The notes under the pieces: generated by a model
What the model saw: the letters and a program-made list of their open reading frames with translations, nothing else
Databases searched by the model: none
What the model was told of the DNA's origin: nothing
Position numbers and translations under genes: made by a program
In this document: positions 41,961 to 56,399 of the stretch, piece after piece
How the letters are laid out: each line of letters begins with the position of its first letter
Numbering within the stretch: the stretch's first letter is position 1
NCBI RefSeq assembly: GCF_009914755.1
Contig: NC_060931.1
Length of the DNA stretch: 64,000 nt
Direction: 5' to 3' (one strand)
Source of the DNA: the human T2T-CHM13v2.0 reference genome, Homo sapiens

Positions 41961-44591
41961 TGAGAGGAGGAGGGATGGTGGGTGAAATCCAGGTGTCTCT
42001 GAGACACATGGTCAACTGACACCTAAACAACATCGCAGTTTGCTTAGCAAGATAGAATGGCTATTGGGTGGAAAACCACCTGAATTTGCCAAGGGATACA
42101 CTGAAGGCCTTTGACTCATGTCAGTTGGGTGCAAGATGGAAAAAAGAGCAAAAAAGTAGGGGTGGCAGTGCATAGACCCATTCAAATTTAGATGAGCTAC
42201 CAAGGCAGTCGTGGATGATAGGCAAATCTATGGGCTGGATTTCCCAAACCCATTGAGCAAGACTCTACACTGTCTTCAGCTTAACATCCTTTCCTGTGCA
42301 ATTTTGTATCAGATTTTGCCAGATCAATCTACATTTTAATGCAGAATAAAAATCCAATCTAGATATCAAGTCTGATCAAAGACCGGTGAAATATGTCCAC
42401 AGTGTGCTATTCAGGTGCCATTCTGTCATATTTGAAAGCATCCCTCTGGAGAAATCTATAAACCATGTTTCCCTGCTTTTTACTTTATTATATTGGTAAA
42501 ACTCCATTGCCTATTATTTTCCTCTGTCTGTTTCAAAACACTGTTTACTGATATGGAACTGGACTAATCAGTGACCTTTTAAGTACATCCTACATGCCCC
42601 TGAAACAGGAAAGCAACCGGAGGATACGCTTATGGTCATTATGCACAGATCCCTTTTTCTCCTTCAGCCTCTTTCAAAACACATGCCCTGTTATATCAAA
42701 CACACTGGCAAGGAAACTCTAAATACGTTTGAAAATAGGTTTAAAAGATATCACTCTAATGTCACTTAATGCATGTGCAATAGTACAGCCATGCCATTTT
42801 GATCATTCTGAGCAAATGTAACTGAAATTGATTACTAAGTATTTACTGAGCGCTTCCACTGTTATTGAGGGGCTGTTTAGAACACAGAATTAAGCAGCAT
42901 TCCTTACCAACAGAGTGCAATTCTCAGGGAGAGTCCAAGTGTTTAAAAACAGGATAAATGTTTCAGTCTTATAGGGTTTTCTGAGAGATATTGTTTCAAG
43001 GGAAATCAGAACAGAAGTGTAAAAGAAAAAGAAATAAAACACTACCAAATTATTAGGGAGGTCATTTTAGAGCTCAGTAAATCCTGATCTATCCCCTACT
43101 AAGCAGTCTTCTAAGAATTGCTTAGCAGGATTTTTTGGGGACTGCCAGGGTTCCATTTTTAAATAGATCAAAGGACTTCTGATTTAGAGGACTGGTTCAT
43201 TAGGCTGGCATAATGAGCCATTTTAGGATGATGGGGTCCTATGGAAGCAGCTGTTGCTGGAAGCCACCAGCAAATGTATGAATGATCAGTGCAAGAATGA
43301 TGTAAAGAACACTTAAGATATAATCTCATCAACTTTCTCTGGACTGGCAGGAAAAGCCAAGTCTTGGGAACTTCTTTGGTAATTTCAGGGAGAGTCCACA
43401 CATTGTCATAAGGAGACCACTGTATGGCCCACTTTTTCATGACCAATGTCTCTGTGGCCAACCTGTTATCTGGATTTATAGACAAAGTCATGGCTAGGAA
43501 GATATATGTCTCACTCAACACTATTTCCCCTTCCACATCCTTGGAAGATTCTACCAATTACTAATCAGTAAAATATCACCCTACTCTCCTCCCAAGCTCA
43601 GATGACACCTCGGTATCCTTCTTTGCAGTGGGCTCCAGTGGACTGGAGATTGACTCAAAGCCTTCACCTTATGATTATGATTTTTGTCATCTTTATTGCT
43701 AGCAGTATTGCAATAATAATAATAAGCTAGCTATTTATTAATAGCCTTGCCTATTAGTAATAATAGGCAAGCTGGCGTTACTTTTTATGTTTTCTTTCCC
43801 ACCCACTGGTTTATTATGTAATCGTTGCCAGAAACCCTTTATAAAATCCTTACATTATATTTTTGAATTTGCTATTGATTTTACTTGAGATTTTACTTTA
43901 AGAAGTAACTAAGCTTGCCCAACTAAAAAAAAAAATCTGAGTTTACTTCTCCTCACTGGCATCTCTTTATTCTGTTCACAGATGTCCATGCCATCTTACT
44001 ATAACCTTTCCATCTCCCTGCAAAGAAACAAGTCCAATTCATCGACTACTGCTCTTGCGGCAAAAGCTCTATTTCTGTCCCTTAGGGCCTCCTTTCTGGC
44101 CCTGCGGTTCTCCTTGCCCCCAAAGACTGAAATCTAGCTCAGGGAAATCAGTGTGGCCTGGGAATAGCCTGGAAGACTCCAATGAAGAGCCAAATTTGGG
44201 TAGAAAGTGGCTGGATAGAGCTTTGCTGGGTAGTTAAGGCAGGCTAGAGGCAGAGGCATCACAGCAAAGGGAAAGGGTATCTGTGACTGACCCTGCCATT
44301 GGCCTATGCAATATCCATGACTCTGTTTTCCTACTAGCGAGCTCAGTTTGACTTTGGTAATGTGCCCAGTTGAAATGTGCATCTTCTAAGAGTTTTTCTG
44401 GGGCTCCTGGGCCTTTGATGACATCACTGACTGCAACATAAGCTCTGGCCTGGCAACCACTATACTTCTTATAATTAAGTGTGTCTTATATTAAGTGTGT
44501 CTTAATAATTAAGACACACTTCTTAATTATTTAAGTTACTGCAGCAGTAGGATTTTTCTGTTGCTCAGGATTGGATGCAATCCTAAAGAAG

Positions 44592-44805
44592 CAGGGTTTC
44601 CTGATGACCTCAGCACTGTTGTTGACATTTTGGACTGGATATTCTCTGTCATGAGTGGGGGTGTTGTGGTGTATTGAACAATGTAGGATGTTTTGCAGCA
44701 TCCCCTGACCTCCACCCCCCCACTCAATGCCAGTAGCCACCCCCAGGTGGTGACAACCAAAAATGTCTCTAGACATTGCCAGATGTCCCCAGAAAAACTG
44801 CACTG
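44592..44805 (-). mobile_element. MER20 hAT-Charlie DNA transposon
   Basis: 'cagggtttc...ttgacattttggactggat...gtgacaaccaaaaatgtctctagacattgccagatgtcccc'. Confidence 0.9.
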
Positions 44806-46654
44806 CTTGAGAGACTGCAGCAGAACCTCCAAAGGCGTGGATGCAGTTATTGGTTTGAGTGGACAGAGATTCTGTTCAGATCTGTCACTGCATCTCTACA
44901 GTGCAGCTTCGAGTTTGCTTTCTATAACACTCTGCCTTGAATGTTTTGGGTTTTTCTGTGGCATTTACAAGGTAAGCACTGTTTTTCAGTATCACCATGT
45001 ATTTTCCCTTGTCATTACTGTTGCCCCTTTTTAAAATTTTACATTCTATTTTTTATTTAAAAAAAACCAAAAGATTCTGCTTTATCCTTACCCCAAGATA
45101 CCACTCTATTAATTGTTTATATTTAATTTGTGAGAGGTTTGAAGTTCAATTTTTAAACCATGAGGAATTATTTGCATTTTTATAAACATTTAATATTTAC
45201 TTATGACTATCTGAAAATCAACTACACAAATTAAAACTGAATAGTATTTTCTATAAGAAACTCCATCACTTGGCTCATTCCTGGAGACAATCCCTGTTCC
45301 TGATTCCTTTTTCTTGTTAGTAACAACAGACACATTTACCATGTGACGTAAGCAGGAAAGAGGAGAGGGTACACCTTAGGTTACCCAGGCTCTACCTGGG
45401 TGGCCAAGCCTACAGGTGCATGCCTTGGTGGCATATGGCACCTTTGGATGGGTTCAGCCTGCAGAGGACAGGCTGTGAGATGACTCAACCTCACTCAGCC
45501 TCAGCCAGGTACCCCAAGGCCCTGAGAGCCCAACACAATCACATATAGTGGCTCTGCTTAGACAGAATGAACTATGATTTGTTGAAACTGAGGTTCTACA
45601 AGGCCATTCTGGCTTTATTAACTGAGAAAGAGTTTCTAGAACAAAGCTCCAGTCTGCTCCCCACCAAAAATGGCCTCTCTTTTAGGATTAGCATATATTT
45701 GCTGCTTATCTAGACTTTAGAAAATAGCTCATCAACTGCTTCCCAATTTAATATTTTTTAAAATTACAGGCACAGCCTCTAGATAAGAGGAGGGTAGTCT
45801 GCTGTTTCCACATCTTCTTGGTTTTAGAAAGAAAAACAGCCAAAAGATTCTCCTAACAGCTCCTCAGAATTATTCTTATCCTCCCCATGGTCTTCACAAT
45901 TGAAAACGGAAATCTCTTCTCCATGCTGAGTCACCCTAGTTGTGTTATACTAAGCGGATGCACATATGTGTTGCTAGTGAAATTAACAAGGGACTTCAAT
46001 CTTGGGGCTCAATTCTAATACTCAAAACCCATGCTAAGTAGAATGGTTGATACAATAATATTTATTTTTTTGGAGTGTTATCTGAAAGCAAAATGATAAT
46101 ACTTTTGGAAAAATTGTAGAAATCCAAGAGTAGCCTGTTAGCCTGTGGTTACATGTTTCTTATTAAATGGAAAACAATGGAAATATCAGAATAATAATAA
46201 AGCCAATCACTTCAAACTGTCTCACATCCACTTTAGACAAACAGGGTGAAAAAGCATATCGAAGAAATATTACTGCCATTGAAATGTAGAAAAAAATACC
46301 TAAAAGGATTACAGAAATGATGGCCTGTTACATCTTTATTTCAGAGACAAAAGACAGTAGAAAGAAGTCTTCAATAAACTCTTTTACTGGAGAGTGGAAA
46401 AAACATTGGGGAAGTGGATCTTCTTTTATGCCTAGTAATGGTTCTTTTATAAGGCAAGATGGGACCTTTAAGGGCCCTGGATTACCCAGAAGGACCATTA
46501 GAAAGTGGTGTTTACGTTTTTAGTTTCTTGTTTCATAAAGTTAGAACCATGCATTTGGTCCACCCAGATCCAAAACAAATTCAGTGGAGTTCACATAGAG
46601 AAGACTTGGGGGGCTGGTGGGGATCCAGTGGACAAGAGTGACCTGTGACACAGG

Positions 46655-46850
46655 GCTTCAGCATCGCTGGCCTACAGAGTTTGGCCAGCTGAGTAACCTT
46701 AAATAGGTAACTTAACCTCTCCAAACCTCGATTTCCTGAGCTTCCTAGCTGGTGTCAGTGATAGCTGCCTCACAGGGTTGAGGAGAAACAAAAATGGATC
46801 ATGTATGCAAAGCACTTAGCGCTGGGTTGGGTACACACTAAAGAAATAAT
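46655..46850 (+). mobile_element. MIR
   Basis: 'taacttaacctctccaaacctcgatttcct...atgtatgcaaagcacttagc'. Confidence 0.8.
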
Positions 46851-46889
46851 AGATGCATTGAGAAGCTCATTCTTTGACATTGTAGAAAT

Positions 46890-46990
46890 AGCTGCTGCCT
46901 CAGAATCACCAAGGAGAGGGTCCAGGAAGCTGCATTTCTAACAGGCCCACCTGATGAGACTAATGCACCTGGGTTTTGAGAGCCACTGGT
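46890..46990. mobile_element. MER5-type DNA transposon fragment
   Basis: 'ctgcatttctaacaggccc...aatgcacc...tttgagagccactg'. Confidence 0.65.
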
Positions 46991-47599
46991 TAACCAGATC
47001 CATCTCCACTTACAGCTGGCTCAGAACCCACTTCTGGAATCTACTCTAAAGAGCAATTGACCAACAACTGCTGCCAAGTTTCCGAGTGCACTCACATGAT
47101 TCTGGAAGTGGCAGTTTCAAGCAGCTGTGATGAGGTGGTGAGCAGTGAGTTGCTCCTCACTCATGCAGTGGGCCCTGGAATGAAGAGGAGGAAAGCAGAC
47201 CTGGTAGGCAACCTGTCCTGCCCTAGCCCTGGCTCAATAGGAAAAATGGGTTGGAAGAGCACAGATTTTCTCAAAGATGCTCTAATGATGGGTCTACGTC
47301 CCAGAGGGACACAGACAACATGGCTTCTTTGACAAGGGACATCCAAGGGAAGTCCTGGGGCCGCTCTAGTGCCCAGCTCATCCACTCCTAGGCTATTAGG
47401 CTCCAGGTCTGGGCAGAGGTGGGAGCCTGGGTTCACTTGATTTAAGACAAGACACGGTGAAGGAAGAAGTACTTTCCTGCCAGAACGCTGCGGATTCTCC
47501 TTCCTCACTGCTTCCTCCTTCCTGCCCTCTCCAGAAAGTCTTTTATTAACTATACCATAGCTGTGTTACTCCTAAAAATCCTATTATGAATGTGCCTCT

Positions 47600-47830
47600 T
47601 TTTATTTCGGGCAATTCTATATGCTAGGCACTGCACTAAGAACTTTACAAACCTTTGCTCTTTTGGCCCTAACCACCACCCTATCAGATGAATATTATTG
47701 TTTTCATTTAATATGGCTGAGGTTCAGACATGTTTGGTGGGAATTTGTTTCTAGATGATGGAGTCAAGATTCCGACCGAGGCTCCCAGGACTCCAACCCA
47801 CATCTGTTTTGTTCCAAAGCCTGCACTTTT
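47600..47830 (-). mobile_element. MIR
   Basis: 'ctatatgctaggcactgcactaagaactttaca...ctgaggttcaga'. Confidence 0.75.
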
Positions 47831-47908
47831 TCTTTTTTTAATTTGACAATGCATCTAATTATACTTATTTATTGACCTGCTTATTATTTGCCTCTATCGG
47901 CAGTGAAA

Positions 47909-47910
47909 TC

Positions 47911-47950
<40 letters not shown>
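47909..47950. repeat. (CA)n microsatellite
   Basis: about 18 perfect CA units. Confidence 0.97.
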
Positions 47951-47952
<2 letters not shown>

Positions 47953-48689
47953 CTTTAAAATATGCTAGATTTGCCTCTGCACCATTTAATTTTAACTGTA
48001 AACTCTATCTGTGCTTACTCAGATGCTCATTGCGGTTATATTTTTTGAACTTAAACTTCAGGATATATTCATCAACAAAGGAGTTTTTTAAAATCTTTCC
48101 TATTTTAAATGCATTTGTCTGAAGAGACAAGAGCAGGCCAAAATATTTGCAATTGAGACTGTCCCAGAAAATCTGGGACAAATAAATGATTGCTGTAAAC
48201 TGTCGATGTAAAAAATATTGAAAGGACTCTTGCCAGTTACCATTGCTGCTTGTTTAAAAACTGCACAAAACACAATTTCTCTCTTCCACTTTGCCATTTC
48301 TTTTTTTTTTTTTTCCTAAAGTAAAGTATACATGTATTATTTTCTTTCTTGGAAATAAAAGTAAGGAGAAAAGGGACAATTAACTATCAAAAGGAATGTG
48401 TCAGGGCCGATAAAGACACAGAGAAGCCAAGGACACGAATGGTCATTTCTCCCACAATCATCATAAAAAGGACAATGTATCTGTGATGACATCAGGATAA
48501 CTGGGGTGATGAATGGCAGACACTGGACTGGGAGAACTGCAGACACAGAAATCAAATAGTTTCCTCATAAAGCAAAACTCCGAGGAAATGAATGTCTCGC
48601 TAAAAACAAAGCAGCAATCTGGTGGCTGCTCTCAGGAAAGCTCCCTCACCACAGTCACAGGCAAAGAAAAAAAAAATCTAATAGAAAAT

Positions 48690-49150
48690 TTTTATCATTT
48701 AATGGCAGGAAGGGGCCATTAGCATCCAATATGCCAAGAGGCACACCTTACAGAAATATTTCTTGGATTTGTAATTAACTCTTCAAAGTGCTAAATCTGC
48801 TTAAAGAAAAAAAAAAGCCCCCTGACAGTTTAAAGGTGGAAGCAGTTCTTTTTTAATGTACAACTTATCAAGATTTACCAGGCACGGGGAAACTCACCGG
48901 CCAATTAACATCCTTGGAAACTGCTTTACTGAAGAAAGGCAAAATGGGCAGTTTAATTACATAGGCATATGTGCCCTTATTTCTCTAATTTCTCAATTAA
49001 TGGGTCTACAAATCGCTTGGAGGAGAATAATTCAGTAGCCTAACATCCCAGCAGGAGACATTAGCTCCGTTAGCGCTGACAATTTTTTTCTTTAAAAATA
49101 AATGTAAGTAAGTTGTGTCTATTGCTTTCCAACTAGAAAATTATTCCCCT
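48690..49150. promoter_or_regulatory. Candidate conserved non-coding element / enhancer
   Basis: Repeat-free; dense TAATTA/CAATTAA, TTTAATGG and TGACAG/TGACAA motifs; motif inference only. Confidence 0.45.
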
Positions 49151-49310
49151 GTACAAATGGGCCCTTGATAAGAAACTACTGGAGCAGTAGGTCTCTATAG
49201 GAGACTGTTTTTGGAAGTACCTGCAACACACAGGGAAATGTGTGGTCCCGGGAGAACAAGGATGTGCAATGGACGCACAGAATGAGGGGACAGGGGCGAT
49301 TTACTAATGA

Positions 49311-49768
<458 letters not shown>

Positions 49769-51167
49769 TGTTGAAGAAGATTTTAATATTGTTTCTATTT
49801 TTCCTTGTACTCCTACAAGGAAAATTTCAAGACCCTGTGTATTTATTTCTTGAAGAAATATATCTGATGATTCCATATTTTCATTGCATTGGAAAATGAG
49901 AGATAGTTTCCTGTGGTAATATGCCAGGAACAATTGTTTTCTTCTTACAAGAGCTGTGCCACTTTTGCATGAATGGGTAAACTTGACAGTGAGAGTCAGA
50001 GTTGCCTTCAGGTTAGGTCCCATAACCGCTATGTTTAACTGAGCAAGTACTTGCAAGTTCCTATCATGGGATTTATTCCACACTTTAACCTTCCCCCAAG
50101 TCAATCATTTTGCTGCTTCTGGGTGAACCTGGTTGAAGTGCAGTTTCCTTTGGATTTAGTAATAAGAAGTCTACCCTCTTTAGCCCCTAATCAGAACATG
50201 AACGCTCAGAATTCTGATGGGATTTGTAGTTTGTTCCAGAATGGGCTTTGAAAAGTGAAATTTCATTAGGGCAGGGCGACAAGATGGAACATCTACCTTT
50301 TCAGTTTCCCCTGCTGCCCCAGGCCACAAGGTCAGTCAGTGGACTAGAAAGCGCAGGGGCTGTGGAGACAGAAGACAGCTCTGAGACCTTGGCTGTGCAC
50401 AGCACTTAGCAGAGTGCAGCTGGCTTGTCTGATCTCAGGATTGCCTCCCTTGTCCTGGATTCCAGCTGGCCAAGGTGTTGAGCAAGTAGTAAATTGCAGT
50501 CTAAGGCTAGGAGCCTCAGAAGCATTACACAGGCCACCCCCAGCTTACAAGGTCCTTGGGTTTTTAAGCTCACTTGTTAGTCACTAGTTAAAAACTTGGA
50601 ATACATACTACATTCCCAGGCCAAACCACAAAAGCTTATTTAAGCTGTAATATAACTGAAATAAAATATGATAAAATCAAGTTTTTCATGTATGTTAAAA
50701 CCTTATTCTTGAGGGAAATCTGGCATACCTAGAAAGGCAGAGAAGGACTTGAGGGATTCTAAAAAAGGCCTCCTTATCACTTTGAAGGACTTCCATGGCT
50801 CTGGTTCCTCATTCTGTCTAAGCAAATGTCGAAACATCCAGCTTTCTTTTCCTTCATGTGTCTCTAGCAGATCTTTATCATTCTGTTTAAGACTTGAGAG
50901 TTTTTCCCCTTCACTCATAAATGGAACAAAGAGAGAGGAGGAGAAATGGAAGTAATACAAAAGAAGATAAAATAGTAAGGTGCCTTGTGGTGAAATTAAA
51001 GGGATGATAGAAAAAAAAAAAGAAAAGGGAAATAACTTGCAAACCCCTTCTGTCTGTAATAAGGAGGGCTGGAAGGCACGTGGTTTCAGAATGGTGGGAA
51101 GAAGAGAAGGTAGAGTTTTGGGCGATATGAAGGACTTGTTGATGATATTACAGAAAGATGTCAACAG

Positions 51168-51698
51168 TGTGGCCGATTCTAGCCTCCAGAGGTAGTTGTG
51201 AAAATCTCTCCCATCCCACATGCTCCTGGAAGGGAAGAGGTTCAGGTCTCCTCCCCCTTGAATCTGAGTGAGCTTGCGACTCACACGTAACCAGTAGAAC
51301 GCAGCCTGAGTAACGCTGTGTGACATCTGAGACCTGTCACAAGAAGAGATGCAGCTTCCTCCCTTTCTGCTGTGACACTGACTTTTGGAACCCAATTACC
51401 CTGAAGATCCCACTGGGTGAGGAAGCCCAGGCCACATGGAGAACCCATCTGTAGGCACTCCTGCCAAGCCCCTGCCCAGGCCCCAGACATGTGCATAAAG
51501 CAGCCTCCAGGTCATTCCAGCCCCCAGCCTTGGAGTCACCCCCAGACCACCAAGTCTTCAGCTGAGGCCCCAGACATCATGGAACAGGAGCAAACCATCT
51601 CTGTCATGCCTTTCCTGAATTCCTGACCCACAGAATTCATCGTTTCCATTTTATACTAAATTTGGGGCTGTTTGCAGCAAAAAAACACCTGGAATACA
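51168..51698 (+). mobile_element. MaLR LTR (MLT1G/H-like)
   Basis: starts 'tgtgg'; 'gaggaagcccaggccacatggaga', 'cagctgaggccccagacatcatggaacag'; ends 'ggaataca'. Confidence 0.85.
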
Positions 51699-51899
51699 TA
51701 GCAATCATCATTCTTATTGAAAATAATTGTTCCATTTGTTATTTCTGATACTATTTTCAAACTAGGCTTATAATACTCTTATAACAGAGAAATGACCCAA
51801 AACCTTCTAACCCTTGGGAAGTTGGACTCACTGTCATCTAATGGCAACACCCTTTAAATAGTTAGATTTCCTGACTCTGCAATGAACTCTTATCTATTT

Positions 51900-52604
<705 letters not shown>

Positions 52605-53009
52605 TTAAAGAAACTATTTATGAGGAAGGTGAAAGGCCTGGACGACTTTCAAATGAGAAGGAGCATGAGTCAGAGTTGGAGTTAGCAAAGCCTTAGAGTC
52701 ACCTCAGCCCACCAGCCAATTCTCAATTCCAAGTGCATTGAGTTTGAATCCACCAACGTGCAACTCACTGACCCCAAGACAGCCTGTTTCATCTTTGGAC
52801 ATTTCAGACTGGTGAAACAGTGTTCCTTGCATTGATCCCAAACTGTCTACTTAAAGTTTTCACACTTTGGACTTAATTTTACTCTAAAGCCCAAGTCTAA
52901 TCTCTTTTTTCAAAAGTTTAGTGGAGCATGAATGGAGAACATCAGAATTAACATTATTTTTGCAGACAGCATTTAAGTGCTGTGTACTGGACTTCCCCAC
53001 CACCCCACC

Positions 53010-53102
53010 ACCATTTTAACTATTATAAAGTGTATAATCCACTGGCCATTAGTGCATTTACAGTGCTGTACAATTGCTACCTCTACCTAGTTCCAATACA
53101 TT
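53010..53102 (-). mobile_element. L1MB-type 3' fragment
   Basis: 'taaagtgtataatccactggccattagtgcatttacagtgctgtacaa'. Confidence 0.65.
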
Positions 53103-53172
53103 AACTCTTAAACTCACCCTTCTCTCAAGTCTTCTTCATTAAGGTTCTCATCTTTAAGAGTTTCTTCTTTTT

Positions 53173-53885
53173 GTCAAGAAATAACAGATGTTGGCAAGGT
53201 TGCAGAGAGACAGGAATGCTTTTACACTGTTGGTGGTAATGTAAATTAGTTCAACCATTGTGGAAGACAGGGTGGTGATTCCTCAAAGATCTAGAACCAG
53301 AAATACCATTTGACCCAGCAATCCCATTACTGGATATATACTCAAAGGAATATAAATCATTCTGTTACAAAGATACATGCACATGTATGTTCACTGCAGC
53401 TCTATTCACAATAGGAAAGTCATGGAATCAACCCAAATGCCCATCAATGATAGACTGGATAAAGAAAATGTGGTACATGTACACCATGGAATACTCTGCA
53501 GTCATAAAAAGGAACGAGATCATGTCCTTTGCAGGGACATGGATGGAGCTCAAAGCCATTATCCTCAGCAAACTAACAGGAACAGAAAACCAAACATCGC
53601 ATGTACTCACTTCTAAGTGAGAGCTGAACAATGAGAATGCATGGATAGAGGGAGGGGAACATCACACACAGGGGCCTGTCAAGGGGTAGGGTGTGGGGAG
53701 GGAGAGCATTAGGAAAAATAGCTGATGCATGCGGGGCTGAATACTTAGGTGATGAGTTGATAGATGCAACAAACCACTATGGCACATGTTTACTTATATA
53801 ACCAACCTGCACTTCCTGCACATGTACCTTGGAACCTAAAATAAAAATTAAAAAAACAAACCACCACAAAAAAAACAACAAAAAA
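53173..53885 (+). mobile_element. L1PA (about L1PA8-11) 5'-truncated insertion
   Basis: ORF2p C-terminus (MFTAALFTIGKSWNQPKCPS...), 3'UTR, A tail; TSD aagagtttcttctttt / aagaatttcttctttt. Confidence 0.95.
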
Positions 53886-54244
53886 GAATTTCTTCTTTTC
53901 TCCTCACAGAACAAGGTGTTGAGCTCCCACTTCAGGACTCCTCATCCTTCCAGCCTTGAGTTGAGATGGAATCAGACTGGTTGGAATTACCTACACTAGG
54001 GGACTCGAATTAGGCCTTCTAGTTGGTCATTTCTCTTCTCCATTGAAAGGGTCAAAGTGGGCCAATAAGATGGGTAGAGATTTGCTCATAACATATCTGC
54101 AGGTGCTCGGAAGTTGATAGTGCTTCAAGTCTCTGACCTCCTGGAGGTCACTCTAGAACACTCTAGGGAAACTTCTCTGAAGGCCAGTCCAAGAAGAACC
54201 CTGGTGGTACCAAGGAATGTTTTAATGACAGCGAAAATTCATGC

Positions 54245-54325
54245 ACCCTGAAATATTAGAGGAAGAACTCAGATCATCTGACCCAATCTACTCATTTTAC
54301 AGATGGGAGAAACTGAGACCTAGAC
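54245..54325 (-). mobile_element. MIR3-like fragment
   Basis: 'agatcatctgacccaa...ctcattttacagatgggagaaactgagacc'. Confidence 0.7.
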
Positions 54326-54329
54326 AAGC

Positions 54330-55660
54330 AAATTCTACTATTAATAGAATGAAAGAGAAAAATCATATGATCATTTCAACAAATGCCTCAAAAGTATTTT
54401 ATAATACTCAACACTCACTCAAAATAAAAACTTCAAACTAAGATGAAATGGAAACTTCCTTAGTATAATACAAAAATCCTACAGCCAATATACTAAATGT
54501 TGAAATACTGAAGATTTTCACTATGAGATCAGAAGAGAACAAGGATGTCCATTATCATCATTTCTATTTAACATTGTATTAGTGGTATTATGCAGTATAA
54601 TAAGGCACGAAAAAATAAAGGATATAAAAATTGAAAATAATAAATGTCTGTCAGTATTTGCACACAACCTGATTATGTTCAGATAATCTATTAGGATTAA
54701 TACACATATTTAGCCAAAATGGTTTAAAGGTAAATATTTAAAAATTAACTGCATTTCTATATACTAGCAGCAAGCAATTATAAAATAAAAATGGAAATAT
54801 AATAGCATTTACATTAGCATAAAAAATAAAACATAGAAACAAATCTAACAAAGGATCTCTTAAACAGGAAACTACCAAATGGTTACTGAGAGAAGTTTAA
54901 GAAGTCCTAAAATAGTTGTGGTCATGTACAAAGTTCATGGATTAGAAGACTTAAAATTATAGAGATACCAATTGCCATCCAAATTGATCCATAAATTCAA
55001 TGCAATCCAAATAAAACTTCGGGTAGCATTTTGGGGCAGCTCACAATCTGATTTTAAAATTTCCACAGAAATGCAATAGGTTGAGAATAGCACTGATGAT
55101 TTTTATTTATTTATTTATTTTTTGGTCAAACTTGTTTCTCTTGCTAAGCACTGCTAAAATTGAAAAACAGAGTTGAATAACTCACAATGCTATCAAGAAT
55201 TACTATAAAGTTACACATATTACAACAGTAAAGCGTTGGCACAAGGATATACAAATAGACAATGGAACCAAGTAGAGTCCAGAAACTGACTTATACACAC
55301 AGAGTCACCTGCTCTGCAACACAGATGACACTGACGTGCAGGGGTTGGGAGTGGTGACAGTCTTTTCAATAACTGGAGCTGGACCAATTCCATAGCAATA
55401 TCAGTGAAAAAATCTTAATTCTTACCTCATGTTATACTCAAATATCAACTCCAGAGGAAGTTGGAATAGTGGTTACTTTTTGGGAGTGTGATTTCTAGGA
55501 GGGTCATGAAAGAGCCTTCTGTAATGCTGGTAATGTTTCACATCTTCATTTCTATTGTGGTTTATTAGGTGTGTTTGCTTTGTGAATACGCATCAAGCTT
55601 ACTCTTAAGATTTGTGCACTCTTCCATATGTGTGGTATCATTTTAATTAAAAATTACTGA
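54330..55660 (+). mobile_element. Old L1M ORF2 and 3' end (internally deleted)
   Basis: 'aatcatatgatcatttcaac', 'catggattagaagact', 'agagtccagaaac', 'ttaagatttgtgcact'. Confidence 0.85.
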
Positions 55661-55689
55661 AATCTGTATATTAGGCATATGTTTTATTA

Positions 55690-55744
55690 TTAGGTTGGTG
55701 CAAAAGCAACTGTGGTTTTTGCCATTACTTTTAATAGCAAAAAT
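55690..55744. mobile_element. MADE1 (Hsmar1-derived MITE), truncated
   Basis: 'ttaggttggtgcaaaagcaactgtggtttttgccattacttttaatagcaaaaa'; second TIR incomplete. Confidence 0.88.
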
Positions 55745-55914
55745 ACTTCACATTTTCCTTTATGCTTGGAAACCTTTATAAGAATAATAATCCATATATG
55801 CTAGGCAATGTAAGGAACACCAATATAGACATGTGATAGTCTGCTGTGATGCTATAAATTGGCTGGGTAATGAGCACATCTGTCCTCTGCAGCCTCAGGA
55901 CAGAAAAATCACTC

Positions 55915-56395
55915 TTTTTTTTCCAAATTCAACATCTGGTTATGTCACCTCTCATTTGCAGGCTTTCCATTGCTTACAGGAGTAAGCTCAAAAACTCCTG
56001 AGCAAGATATATATAAAAATCACTGTTTCCAGTGCAGTCTTACTCCCAGATGTATATGCCTCCCTCAGTGTCACACTCCTCTGCCCCAATCCATTCCTCT
56101 CCACTGAATGGGCCAGTTATGTGGAAATGCCCAAAGTGTGGTTGCATCTCTGTATCTTTGCTGCTGCCCTAGTTTGTAATAATGCCCCTCTCTTCCACCT
56201 CAGCCTGTCAGACTCCTACTAGCCTTTTAAAATCCCAATTCATAGACTTCTTTTTCCCTGAAGTCTTCCTTAACACTCCCAAGTAGAGCAGAGCTTTCCC
56301 TTCTTTATACTACTGCTTTGCCTTATATTTGCAATGATTTGTGGTTTTTACTAGTTTTAAATGCAAAATGCATAAGCGACACAGACTATCTTCTT
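55915..56395 (+). mobile_element. L2
   Basis: 'ttatgtcacctctc...ctttccattgcttacagg', 'actcctactagccttttaaaatccc'. Confidence 0.7.
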
Positions 56396-56399
56396 TAAA

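Noticed and set aside
50703-51395. Longest ORF (230 aa, minus strand)
   Set aside because: Begins inside an MLT1 LTR and runs through pyrimidine-rich sequence (F/S/L-rich); no recognisable domain.
53387-53620. ORFs resembling L1 ORF2p (also 17853, 21812, 57251)
   Set aside because: Short relic frames of truncated, inactive L1s; not functional CDS.
55690-55744. MADE1 as a miR-548-type hairpin
   Set aside because: Second arm is truncated, so a full pre-miRNA stem cannot form.
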